Source of the DNA: Auanema rhodensis
Lineage: Eukaryota; Animalia; Nematoda
Reading direction: 5' to 3'
DNA length: 64,000 nucleotides
NCBI GenBank assembly: GCA_964057225.1
Contig: OZ059900.1
Location: 23,436,001-23,500,000, forward strand
This document shows, piece by piece, positions 12,201 through 25,700 of the stretch (position 1 is its first letter; every line of letters begins with the position of its first letter). The position numbers and the translations under genes are program-made. Below the pieces are notes generated by a model that was given only the letters and a program-made list of their open reading frames with translations, searched no databases and was not told where the DNA came from.

Positions 12201-15200
12201 TTCTAGTGTTCAGCATGTAAAATGCTTCATTTTAGTATGTAACACGCTGAAATTCGTTGCATTTGACGACTCATATGAACAAAAATCGATTTAATCAATA
12301 TTAGCCATAAGGGGCGTGCCTCAGAATATGCTAATTTCCTTAATTTTCTAACCCCTGTTTTTTTGTCGTGCAAGTGGAACTAGACGTTGTACGAACGATT
12401 TTGAGCTAGGTTTCATTGACATTGCATGAGTTTGAACACATGAAATCGTAAGTCAAAACCTTGTTTACAGCGAAATTTCCAAAAACTGGTTTTCCAGCAT
12501 AATAAAATATTTCTCATGGGAAATACTGTGTTTTTGTATTTTTCTAGTGTTCAGCATGTAAAATGCTTCATTTTAGTATGTAACACGCTGAAATTCGTTG
12601 CATTTGACGACTCATATGAACAAAAAATCGATTTAATCAATATTAGCCATAAGGGGCGTGCCCTCAGAATATGCTAATTTCCTTAATTTTCTAACCCCTG
12701 TTTTTTTGTCGTGAAAGTGGAACTAGACGTTGTACAAACAATTTTGAGCTAGGTTTCATTGACATTGCATGAGTTTGAACACATGAAATCGTAAGTCAAA
12801 ACCTTGTTTACAGCGAAATTTCCAAAAACTGGTTTTCCAGCATAATAAAATATTTCTCATGGGAAATACTGTGTTTTTGTATTTTTCTAGTGTTCAGCAT
12901 GTAAAATGCTTCATTTTAGTATGTAACACGCTGAAATTCGTTGCATTTGACGACTCATATGAACAAAAAATCGATTTAATCAATATTAGCCATAAGGGGC
13001 GTGCCCTCAGAATATGCTAATTTCCTTAATTTTCTAACCCCTGTTTTTTTGTCGTGAAAGTGGAACTAGACGTTGTACAAACAATTTTGAGCTAGGTTTC
13101 ATTGACATTGCATGAGTTTGAACACATGAAATCGTAAGTCAAAACCTTGTTTACAGCGAAATTTCCAAAAACTGGTTTTCCAGCATAATAAAATATTTCT
13201 CATGGGAAATACTGTGTTTTTGTATTTTTCTAGTGTTCAGCATGTAAAATGCTTCATTTTAGTATGTAACACGCTGAAATTCGTTGCATTTGACGACTCA
13301 TATGAACAAAAATCGATTTAATCAATATTAGCCATAAGGGGCGTGCCCTCAGAATATGCTAATTTCCTTAATTTTCTAACCCATGTTTTTTTGTCGTGAA
13401 AGTGGAACTAGACGTTGTACGAACAATTTTGAGCTAGGTTTCATTGACATTGCATGAGTTTGAACACATGAAATCGTAAGTCAAAACCTTGTTTACAGCG
13501 AAATTTCCAAAAACTGGTTTTCCAGCATAATAAAATATTTCTCATGGGAAATACTGTGTTTTTGTATTTTTCTAGTGTTCAGCATGTAAAATGCTTCATT
13601 TTAGTATGTAACACGCTGAAATTCGTTGCATTTGACGACTCATATGAACAAAAATCGATTTAATCAATATTAGCCATAAGGGGCGTGCCCTCAGAATATG
13701 CTAATTTCCTTAATTTTCTAACCCCTGTTTTTTTGTCGTGAAAGTGGAACTAGACGTTGTACGAACAATTTTGAGCTAGGTTTCATTGACATTGCATGAG
13801 TTTGAACACATGAAATCGTAAGTCAAAACCTTGTTTACAGCGAAATATCCAAAAACTGGTTTTCCAGCATAATAAAATATTTCTCATGGGAAATACTGTG
13901 TTTTTGTATTTTTCTAGTGTTCAGCATGTAAAATGCTTCATTTGAGTATGTAACACGCTGAAATTCGTTGCATTTGACGACTCATATGAACAAAAATCGA
14001 TTTAATCAATATTAGCCATAAGGGGCGTGCCCTCAGAATATGCTAATTTCCTTAATTTTCTAACCCCTGTTTTTTTGTCGTGAAAGTGGAACTAGACGTT
14101 GTACGAACAATTTTGAGCTAGGTTTCATTGACATTGCATGAGTTTGAACACATGAAATCGTAAGTCAAAACCTTGTTTACAGCGAAATTTCCAAAAACTG
14201 GTTTTCCAGCTCAATAAAATATTTCTCATGGGAAATACTGTGTTTTTGTATTTTTCTAGTGTTCAGCATGTAAAATGCTTCATTTTAGTATGTAACACGC
14301 TGAAATTCGTTGCATTTGACGACTCATATGAACAAAAATCGATTTAATCAATATTAGCCATAAGGGGCGTGCCCTCAGAATATGCTAATTTCCTTAATTT
14401 TCTAACCCCTGTTTTTTTGTCGTGAAAGTGGAACTAGACGTTGTACGAACAATTTTGAGCTAGGTTTCATTGACATTGCATGAGTTTGAACACATGCAAT
14501 CGTAAGTCAAAACTTTGTTTACAGCGAAATTTTCAAAAACTGGTTTTCCAGCATAATAAAATATTTCTCATAGGAAATACTGTGTTTTCGTATTTTTCTA
14601 GTGTTCAGCATGTAAAATGCTTCATTTTAGTATGTAACACGCTGAAATTCGTTGCATTTGACGACTCATATGAACAAAAATCGATTTAATCAATATTAGC
14701 CATAAGGGGCGTGCCCTCAGAATATGCTAATTTCCTTAATTTTCTAACCCCTGTTTTTTTGTCGTGAAAGTGGAACTAGACGTTGTACAAACAATTTTGA
14801 GCTAGGTTTCATTGACATTGCATGAGTTTGAACACATGAAATCGTAAGTCAAAACCTTGTTTACAGCGAAATTTCCAAAAACTGGTTTTCCAGCTCAATA
14901 AAATATTTCTCATGGGAAATACTCTGTTTTTGTATTTTTCTAGTGTTCAGCATGTAAAATGCTTCATTTTAGTATGTAACACGCTGAAATTCGTTGCATT
15001 TGACGACTCATATGAACAAAAATCGATTTAATCAATATTAGCCATAAGGGGCGTGCCCTCAGAATATGCTAATTTCCTTAATTTTCTAACCCCTGTTTTT
15101 TTGTCGTGAAAGTGGAACTAGACGTTGTACGAACAATTTTGAGCTAGGTTTCATTGACATTGCATGAGTTTGAACACATGCAATCGTAAGTCAAAACTTT

Positions 15201-16760
15201 GTTTACAGCGAAATTTTCAAAAACTGGTTTTCCAGCATAATAAAATATTTCTCATAGGAAATACTGTGTTTTCGTATTTTTCTAGTGTTCAGCATGTAAA
15301 ATGCTTCATTTTAGTATGTAACACGCTGAAATTCGTTGCATTTGACGACTCATATGAACAAAAATCGATTTAATCAATATTAGCCATAAGGGGCGTGCCC
15401 TCAGAATATGCTAATTTCCTTAATTTTCTAACCCCTGTTTTTTTGTCGTGAAAGTGGAACTAGACGTTGTACAAACAATTTTGAGCTAGGTTTCATTGAC
15501 ATTGCATGAGTTTGAACACATGAAATCGTAAGTCAAAACCTTGTTTACAGCGAAATTTCCAAAAACTGGTTTTCCAGCATAATAAAATATTTCTCATGGG
15601 AAATACTGTGTTTTTGTATTTTTCTAGTGTTCAGCATGTAAAATGCTTCATTTTAGTATGTAACACGCTGAAATTCGTTGCATTTGACGACTCATATGAA
15701 CAAAAATCGATTTAATCAATATTAGCCATAAGGGGCGTGCCCTCAGAATATGCTAATTTCCTTAATTTTCTAACCCCTGTTTTTTTGTCGTGAAAGTGGA
15801 ACTAGACGTTGTACGAACAATTTTGAGCTAGGTTTCATTGACATTGCATGAGTTTGAACACATGAAATCGTAAGTCAAAACTTTGTTTACAGCGAAATTT
15901 CCAAAAACTGGTTTTCCAGCATAATAAAATATTTCTCATAGGAAATACTGTGTTTTTGTATTTTTCTAGTGTTCAGCATGTAAAATGCTTCATTTTAGTA
16001 TGTAACACGCTGAAATTCGTTGCATTTGACGACTCATATGAACAAAAATCGATTTAATCAATATTAGCCATAAGGGGCGTGCCTCAGAATATGCTAATTT
16101 CCTTAATTTTCTAACCCCTGTTTTTTTGTCGTGCAAGTGGAACTAGACGTTGTACGAACGATTTTGAGCTAGGTTTCATTGACATTGCATGAGTTTGAAC
16201 ACATGAAATCGTAAGTCAAAACCTTGTTTACAGCGAAATTTCCAAAAACTGGTTTTCCAGCATAATAAAATATTTCTCATGGGAAATACTGTGTTTTTGT
16301 ATTTTTCTAGTGTTCAGCATGTAAAATGCTTCATTTTAGTATGTAACACGCTGAAATTCGTTGCATTTGACGACTCATATGAACAAAAAATCGATTTAAT
16401 CAATATTAGCCATAAGGGGCGTGCCCTCAGAATATGCTAATTTCCTTAATTTTCTAACCCCTGTTTTTTTGTCGTGAAAGTGGAACTAGACGTTGTACAA
16501 ACAATTTTGAGCTAGGTTTCATTGACATTGCATGAGTTTGAACACATGAAATCGTAAGTCAAAACCTTGTTTACAGCGAAATTTCCAAAAACTGGTTTTC
16601 CAGCATAATAAAATATTTCTCATGGGAAATACTGTGTTTTTGTATTTTTCTAGTGTTCAGCATGTAAAATGCTTCATTTTAGTATGTAACACGCTGAAAT
16701 TCGTTGCATTTGACGACTCATATGAACAAAAAATCGATTTAATCAATATTAGCCATAAGG
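9236..16760 (+). repeat. Higher-order duplication, offset 13 then 11 monomers, containing a nested dimer repeat
   Basis: AATATCC/TTTGAG units start at 9236 and 13685 (4449 bp apart). ORF-type units lie at 10031/10715 and 14480/15164 (684-bp internal spacing). The GTGCAAG marker is at about 12370 and 16133 (3763 bp apart). Confidence 0.9.
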
Positions 16761-19700
16761 GGCGTGCCCTCAGAATATGCTAATTTCCTTAATTTTCTAA
16801 CCCCTGTTTTTTTGTCGTGAAAGTGGAACTAGACGTTGTACAAACAATTTTGAGCTAGGTTTCATTGACATTGCATGAGTTTGAACACATGAAATCGTAA
16901 GTCAAAACCTTGTTTACTGCGAAATTTCCAAAAACTGGTTTTCCAGCATAATAAAATATTTCTCATGAGAAATACTGTGTTTTTGTATTTTTCTAGTGTT
17001 CAGCATGTAAAATGCTTCATTTTAGTATGTAACACGCTGAAATTCGTTGCATTTGACGACTCATATGAACAAAAATCGATTTAATCAATATTAGCCATAA
17101 GGGGCGTGCCCTCAGAATATGCTAATTTCCTTAATTTTCTAACCCCTGTTTTTTTGTCGTGAAAGTGGAACTAGACGTTGTACGAACAATTTTGAGCTAG
17201 GTTTCATTGACATTGCATGAGTTTGAACACATGAAATCGTAAGTCAAAACCTTGTTTACAGCGAAATTTCCAAAAACTGGTTTTCCAGCATAATAAAATA
17301 TTTCTCATGGGAAATACTGTGTTTTTGTATTTTTCTAGTGTTCAGCATGTAAAATGCTTCATTTTAGTATGTAACACGCTGAAATTCGTTGCATTTGACG
17401 ACTCATATGAACAAAAATCGATTTAATCAATATTAGCCATAAGGGGCGTGCCCTCAGAATATGCTAATTTCCTTAATTTTCTAACCCCTGTTTTTTTGTC
17501 GTGAAAGTGGAACTAGACGTTGTACGAACAATTTTGAGCTAGGTTTCATTGACATTGCATGAGTTTGAACACATGAAATCGTAAGTCAAAACCTTGTTTA
17601 CAGCGAAATTTCCAAAAACTGGTTTTCCAGCTCAATAAAATATTTCTCATGGGAAATACTGTGTTTTTGTATTTTTCTAGTGTTCAGCATGTAAAATGCT
17701 TCATTTTAGTATGTAACACGCTGAAATTCGTTGCATTTGACGACTCATATGAACAAAAATCGATTTAATCAATATTAGCCATAAGGGGCGTGCCCTCAGA
17801 ATATGCTAATTTCCTTAATTTTCTAACCCCTGTTTTTTTGTCGTGAAAGTGGAACTAGACGTTGTACGAACAATTTTGAGCTAGGTTTCATTGACATTGC
17901 ATGAGTTTGAACACATGCAATCGTAAGTCAAAACTTTGTTTACAGCGAAATTTTCAAAAACTGGTTTTCCAGCATAATAAAATATTTCTCATGGGAAATA
18001 CTGTGTTTTTGTATTTTTCTAGTGTTCAGCATGTAAAATGCTTCATTTTAGTATGTAACACGCTGAAATTCGTTGCATTTGACGACTCATATGAACAAAA
18101 AATCGATTTAATCAATATTAGCCATAAGGGGCGTGCCCTCAGAATATGCTAATTTCCTTAATTTTCTAACCCCTGTTTTTTTGTCGTGAAAGTGGAACTA
18201 GACGTTGTACGAACAATTTTGAGCTAGGTTTCATTGACATTGCATGAGTTTGAACACATGAAATCGTAAGTCAAAACCTTGTTTACAGCGAAATTTCCAA
18301 AAACTGGTTTTCCAGCTCAATAAAATATTTCTCATGGGAAATACTGTGTTTTTGTATTTTTCTAGTGTTCAGCATGTAAAATGCTTCATTTTAGTATGTA
18401 ACACGCTGAAATTCGTTGCATTTGACGACTCATATGAACAAAAATCGATTTAATCAATATTAGCCATAAGGGGCGTGCCCTCAGAATATGCTAATTTCCT
18501 TAATTTTCTAACCCCTGTTTTTTTGTCGTGAAAGTGGAACTAGACGTTGTACGAACAATTTTGAGCTAGGTTTCATTGACATTGCATGAGTTTGAACACA
18601 TGCAATCGTAAGTCAAAACTTTGTTTACAGCGAAATTTTCAAAAACTGGTTTTCCAGCATAATAAAATATTTCTCATGGGAAATACTGTGTTTTTGTATT
18701 TTTCTAGTGTTCAGCATGTAAAATGCTTCATTTTAGTATGTAACACGCTGAAATTCGTTGCATTTGACGACTCATATGAACAAAAAATCGATTTAATCAA
18801 TATTAGCCATAAGGGGCGTGCCCTCAGAATATGCTAATTTCCTTAATTTTCTAACCCCTGTTTTTTTGTCGTGAAAGTGGAACTAGACGTTGTACAAACA
18901 ATTTTGAGCTAGGTTTCATTGACATTGCATGAGTTTGAACACATGAAATCGTAAGTCAAAACCTTGTTTACAGCGAAATTTCCAAAAACTGGTTTTCCAG
19001 CATAATAAAATATTTCTCATGGGAAATACTGTGTTTTTGTATTTTTCTAGTGTTCAGCATGTAAAATGCTTCATTTTAGTATGTAACACGCTGAAATTCG
19101 TTGCATTTGACGACTCATATGAACAAAAAATCGATTTAATCAATATTAGCCATAAGGGGCGTGCCCTCAGAATATGCTAATTTCCTTAATTTTCTAACCC
19201 CTGTTTTTTTGTCGTGAAAGTGGAACTAGACGTTGTACAAACAATTTTGAGCTAGGTTTCATTGACATTGCATGAGTTTGAACACATGAAATCGTAAGTC
19301 AAAACCTTGTTTACTGCGAAATTTCCAAAAACTGGTTTTCCAGCATAATAAAATATTTCTCATGAGAAATACTGTGTTTTTGTATTTTTCTAGTGTTCAG
19401 CATGTAAAATGCTTCATTTTAGTATGTAACACGCTGAAATTCGTTGCATTTGACGACTCATATGAACAAAAATCGATTTAATCAATATTAGCCATAAGGG
19501 GCGTGCCCTCAGAATATGCTAATTTCCTTAATTTTCTAACCCCTGTTTTTTTGTCGTGAAAGTGGAACTAGACGTTGTACGAACAATTTTGAGCTAGGTT
19601 TCATTGACATTGCATGAGTTTGAACACATGAAATCGTAAGTCAAAACCTTGTTTACAGCGAAATTTCCAAAAACTGGTTTTCCAGCATAATAAAATATTT

Positions 19701-22700
19701 CTCATGGGAAATACTGTGTTTTTGTATTTTTCTAGTGTTCAGCATGTAAAATGCTTCATTTTAGTATGTAACACGCTGAAATTCGTTGCATTTGACGACT
19801 CATATGAACAAAAATCGATTTAATCAATATTAGCCATAAGGGGCGTGCCCTCAGAATATGCTAATTTCCTTAATTTTCTAACCCCTGTTTTTTTGTCGTG
19901 AAAGTGGAACTAGACGTTGTACAAACAATTTTGAGCTAGGTTTCATTGACATTGCATGAGTTTGAACACATGAAATCGTAAGTCAAAACCTTGTTTACAG
20001 CGAAATTTCCAAAAACTGGTTTTCCAGCATAATAAAATATTTCTCATGGGAAATACTGTGTTTTTGTATTTTTCTAGTGTTCAGCATGTAAAATGCTTCA
20101 TTTTAGTATGTAACACGCTGAAATTCGTTGCATTTGACGACTCATATGAACAAAAATCGATTTAATCAATATTAGCCATAAGGGGCGTGCCCTCAGAATA
20201 TGCTAATTTCCTTAATTTTCTAACCCCTGTTTTTTTGTCGTGAAAGTGGAACTAGACGTTGTACGAACAATTTTGAGCTAGGTTTCATTGACATTGCATG
20301 AGTTTGAACACATGAAATCGTAAGTCAAAACCTTGTTTACAGCGAAATTTCCAAAAACTGGTTTTCCAGCATAATAAAATATTTCTCATGGGAAATACTG
20401 TGTTTTTGTATTTTTCTAGTGTTCAGCATGTAAAATGCTTCATTTTAGTATGTAACACGCTGAAATTCGTTGCATTTGACGACTCATATGAACAAAAAAT
20501 CGATTTAATCAATATTAGCCATAAGGGGCGTGCCCTCAGAATATGCTAATTTCCTTAATTTTCTAACCCCTGTTTTTTTGTCGTGAAAGTGGAACTAGAC
20601 GTTGTACAAACAATTTTGAGCTAGGTTTCATTGACATTGCATGAGTTTGAACACATGAAATCGTAAGTCAAAACCTTGTTTACTGCGAAATTTCCAAAAA
20701 CTGGTTTTCCAGCATAATAAAATATTTCTCATGAGAAATACTGTGTTTTTGTATTTTTCTAGTGTTCAGCATGTAAAATGCTTCATTTTAGTATGTAACA
20801 CGCTGAAATTCGTTGCATTTGACGACTCATATGAACAAAAATCGATTTAATCAATATTAGCCATAAGGGGCGTGCCCTCAGAATATGCTAATTTCCTTAA
20901 TTTTCTAACCCCTGTTTTTTTGTCGTGAAAGTGGAACTAGACGTTGTACGAACAATTTTGAGCTAGGTTTCATTGACATTGCATGAGTTTGAACACATGA
21001 AATCGTAAGTCAAAACCTTGTTTACAGCGAAATTTCCAAAAACTGGTTTTCCAGCTCAATAAAATATTTCTCATGGGAAATACTGTGTTTTTGTATTTTT
21101 CTAGTGTTCAGCATGTAAAATGCTTCATTTTAGTATGTAACACGCTGAAATTCGTTGCATTTGACGACTCATATGAACAAAAATCGATTTAATCAATATT
21201 AGCCATAAGGGGCGTGCCCTCAGAATATGCTAATTTCCTTAATTTTCTAACCCCTGTTTTTTTGTCGTGAAAGTGGAACTAGACGTTGTACAAACAATTT
21301 TGAGCTAGGTTTCATTGACATTGCATGAGTTTGAACACATGAAATCGTAAGTCAAAACCTTGTTTACTGCGAAATTTCCAAAAACTGGTTTTCCAGCATA
21401 ATAAAATATTTCTCATGAGAAATACTGTGTTTTTGTATTTTTCTAGTGTTCAGCATGTAAAATGCTTCATTTTAGTATGTAACACGCTGAAATTCGTTGC
21501 ATTTGACGACTCATATGAACAAAAATCGATTTAATCAATATTAGCCATAAGGGGCGTGCCCTCAGAATATGCTAATTTCCTTAATTTTCTAACCCCTGTT
21601 TTTTTGTCGTGAAAGTGGAACTAGACGTTGTACGAACAATTTTGAGCTAGGTTTCATTGACATTGCATGAGTTTGAACACATGAAATCGTAAGTCAAAAC
21701 CTTGTTTACAGCGAAATTTCCAAAAACTGGTTTTCCAGCATAATAAAATATTTCTCATGGGAAATACTGTGTTTTTGTATTTTTCTAGTGTTCAGCATGT
21801 AAAATGCTTCATTTTAGTATGTAACACGCTGAAATTCGTTGCATTTGACGACTCATATGAACAAAAATCGATTTAATCAATATTAGCCATAAGGGGCGTG
21901 CCCTCAGAATATGCTAATTTCCTTAATTTTCTAACCCCTGTTTTTTTGTCGTGAAAGTGGAACTAGACGTTGTACGAACAATTTTGAGCTAGGTTTCATT
22001 GACATTGCATGAGTTTGAACACATGAAATCGTAAGTCAAAACCTTGTTTACAGCGAAATTTCCAAAAACTGGTTTTCCAGCTCAATAAAATATTTCTCAT
22101 GGGAAATACTGTGTTTTTGTATTTTTCTAGTGTTCAGCATGTAAAATGCTTCATTTTAGTATGTAACACGCTGAAATTCGTTGCATTTGACGACTCATAT
22201 GAACAAAAATCGATTTAATCAATATTAGCCATAAGGGGCGTGCCCTCAGAATATGCTAATTTCCTTAATTTTCTAACCCCTGTTTTTTTGTCGTGAAAGT
22301 GGAACTAGACGTTGTACGAACAATTTTGAGCTAGGTTTCATTGACATTGCATGAGTTTGAACACATGCAATCGTAAGTCAAAACTTTGTTTACAGCGAAA
22401 TTTTCAAAAACTGGTTTTCCAGCATAATAAAATATTTCTCATGGGAAATACTGTGTTTTTGTATTTTTCTAGTGTTCAGCATGTAAAATGCTTCATTTTA
22501 GTATGTAACACGCTGAAATTCGTTGCATTTGACGACTCATATGAACAAAAATCGATTTAATCAATATTAGCCATAAGGGGCGTGCCCTCAGAATATGCTA
22601 ATTTCCTTAATTTTCTAACCCCTGTTTTTTTGTCGTGAAAGTGGAACTAGACGTTGTACGAACAATTTTGAGCTAGGTTTCATTGACATTGCATGAGTTT

Positions 22701-25700
22701 GAACACATGAAATCGTAAGTCAAAACTTTGTTTACAGCGAAATTTCCAAAAACTGGTTTTCCAGCATAATAAAATATTTCTCATAGGAAATACTGTGTTT
22801 TTGTATTTTTCTAGTGTTCAGCATGTAAAATGCTTCATTTTAGTATGTAACACGCTGAAATTCGTTGCATTTGACGACTCATATGAACAAAAATCGATTT
22901 AATCAATATTAGCCATAAGGGGCGTGCCTCAGAATATGCTAATTTCCTTAATTTTCTAACCCCTGTTTTTTTGTCGTGCAAGTGGAACTAGACGTTGTAC
23001 GAACAATTTTGAGCTAGGTTTCATTGACATTGCATGAGTTTGAACACATGAAATCGTAAGTCAAAACCTTGTTTACAGCGAAATTTCCAAAAACTGGTTT
23101 TCCAGCATAATAAAATATTTCTCATGGGAAATACTGTGTTTTTGTATTTTTCTAGTGTTCAGCATGTAAAATGCTTCATTTTAGTATGTAACACGCTGAA
23201 ATTCGTTGCATTTGACGACTCATATGAACAAAAAATCGATTTAATCAATATTAGCCATAAGGGGCGTGCCCTCAGAATATGCTAATTTCCTTAATTTTCT
23301 AACCCCTGTTTTTTTGTCGTGAAAGTGGAACTAGACGTTGTACAAACAATTTTGAGCTAGGTTTCATTGACATTGCATGAGTTTGAACACATGAAATCGT
23401 AAGTCAAAACCTTGTTTACAGCGAAATTTCCAAAAACTGGTTTTCCAGCATAATAAAATATTTCTCATGGGAAATACTGTGTTTTTGTATTTTTCTAGTG
23501 TTCAGCATGTAAAATGCTTCATTTTAGTATGTAACACGCTGAAATTCGTTGCATTTGACGACTCATATGAACAAAAAATCGATTTAATCAATATTAGCCA
23601 TAAGGGGCGTGCCCTCAGAATATGCTAATTTCCTTAATTTTCTAACCCCTGTTTTTTTGTCGTGAAAGTGGAACTAGACGTTGTACAAACAATTTTGAGC
23701 TAGGTTTCATTGACATTGCATGAGTTTGAACACATGAAATCGTAAGTCAAAACCTTGTTTACTGCGAAATTTCCAAAAACTGGTTTTCCAGCATAATAAA
23801 ATATTTCTCATGAGAAATACTGTGTTTTTGTATTTTTCTAGTGTTCAGCATGTAAAATGCTTCATTTTAGTATGTAACACGCTGAAATTCGTTGCATTTG
23901 ACGACTCATATGAACAAAAATCGATTTAATCAATATTAGCCATAAGGGGCGTGCCCTCAGAATATGCTAATTTCCTTAATTTTCTAACCCCTGTTTTTTT
24001 GTCGTGAAAGTGGAACTAGACGTTGTACGAACAATTTTGAGCTAGGTTTCATTGACATTGCATGAGTTTGAACACATGAAATCGTAAGTCAAAACCTTGT
24101 TTACAGCGAAATTTCCAAAAACTGGTTTTCCAGCATAATAAAATATTTCTCATGGGAAATACTGTGTTTTTGTATTTTTCTAGTGTTCAGCATGTAAAAT
24201 GCTTCATTTTAGTATGTAACACGCTGAAATTCGTTGCATTTGACGACTCATATGAACAAAAAATCGATTTAATCAATATTAGCCATAAGGGGCGTGCCCT
24301 CAGAATATGCTAATTTCCTTAATTTTCTAACCCCTGTTTTTTTGTCGTGAAAGTGGAACTAGACGTTGTACAAACAATTTTGAGCTAGGTTTCATTGACA
24401 TTGCATGAGTTTGAACACATGAAATCGTAAGTCAAAACCTTGTTTACTGCGAAATTTCCAAAAACTGGTTTTCCAGCATAATAAAATATTTCTCATGAGA
24501 AATACTGTGTTTTTGTATTTTTCTAGTGTTCAGCATGTAAAATGCTTCATTTTAGTATGTAACACGCTGAAATTCGTTGCATTTGACGACTCATATGAAC
24601 AAAAATCGATTTAATCAATATTAGCCATAAGGGGCGTGCCCTCAGAATATGCTAATTTCCTTAATTTTCTAACCCCTGTTTTTTTGTCGTGAAAGTGGAA
24701 CTAGACGTTGTACGAACAATTTTGAGCTAGGTTTCATTGACATTGCATGAGTTTGAACACATGAAATCGTAAGTCAAAACCTTGTTTACAGCGAAATTTC
24801 CAAAAACTGGTTTTCCAGCATAATAAAATATTTCTCATGGGAAATACTGTGTTTTTGTATTTTTCTAGTGTTCAGCATGTAAAATGCTTCATTTTAGTAT
24901 GTAACACGCTGAAATTCGTTGCATTTGACGACTCATATGAACAAAAAATCGATTTAATCAATATTAGCCATAAGGGGCGTGCCCTCAGAATATGCTAATT
25001 TCCTTAATTTTCTAACCCCTGTTTTTTTGTCGTGAAAGTGGAACTAGACGTTGTACAAACAATTTTGAGCTAGGTTTCATTGACATTGCATGAGTTTGAA
25101 CACATGAAATCGTAAGTCAAAACCTTGTTTACTGCGAAATTTCCAAAAACTGGTTTTCCAGCATAATAAAATATTTCTCATGAGAAATACTGTGTTTTTG
25201 TATTTTTCTAGTGTTCAGCATGTAAAATGCTTCATTTTAGTATGTAACACGCTGAAATTCGTTGCATTTGACGACTCATATGAACAAAAATCGATTTAAT
25301 CAATATTAGCCATAAGGGGCGTGCCCTCAGAATATGCTAATTTCCTTAATTTTCTAACCCCTGTTTTTTTGTCGTGAAAGTGGAACTAGACGTTGTACGA
25401 ACAATTTTGAGCTAGGTTTCATTGACATTGCATGAGTTTGAACACATGAAATCGTAAGTCAAAACCTTGTTTACAGCGAAATTTCCAAAAACTGGTTTTC
25501 CAGCATAATAAAATATTTCTCATGGGAAATACTGTGTTTTTGTATTTTTCTAGTGTTCAGCATGTAAAATGCTTCATTTTAGTATGTAACACGCTGAAAT
25601 TCGTTGCATTTGACGACTCATATGAACAAAAATCGATTTAATCAATATTAGCCATAAGGGGCGTGCCCTCAGAATATGCTAATTTCCTTAATTTTCTAAC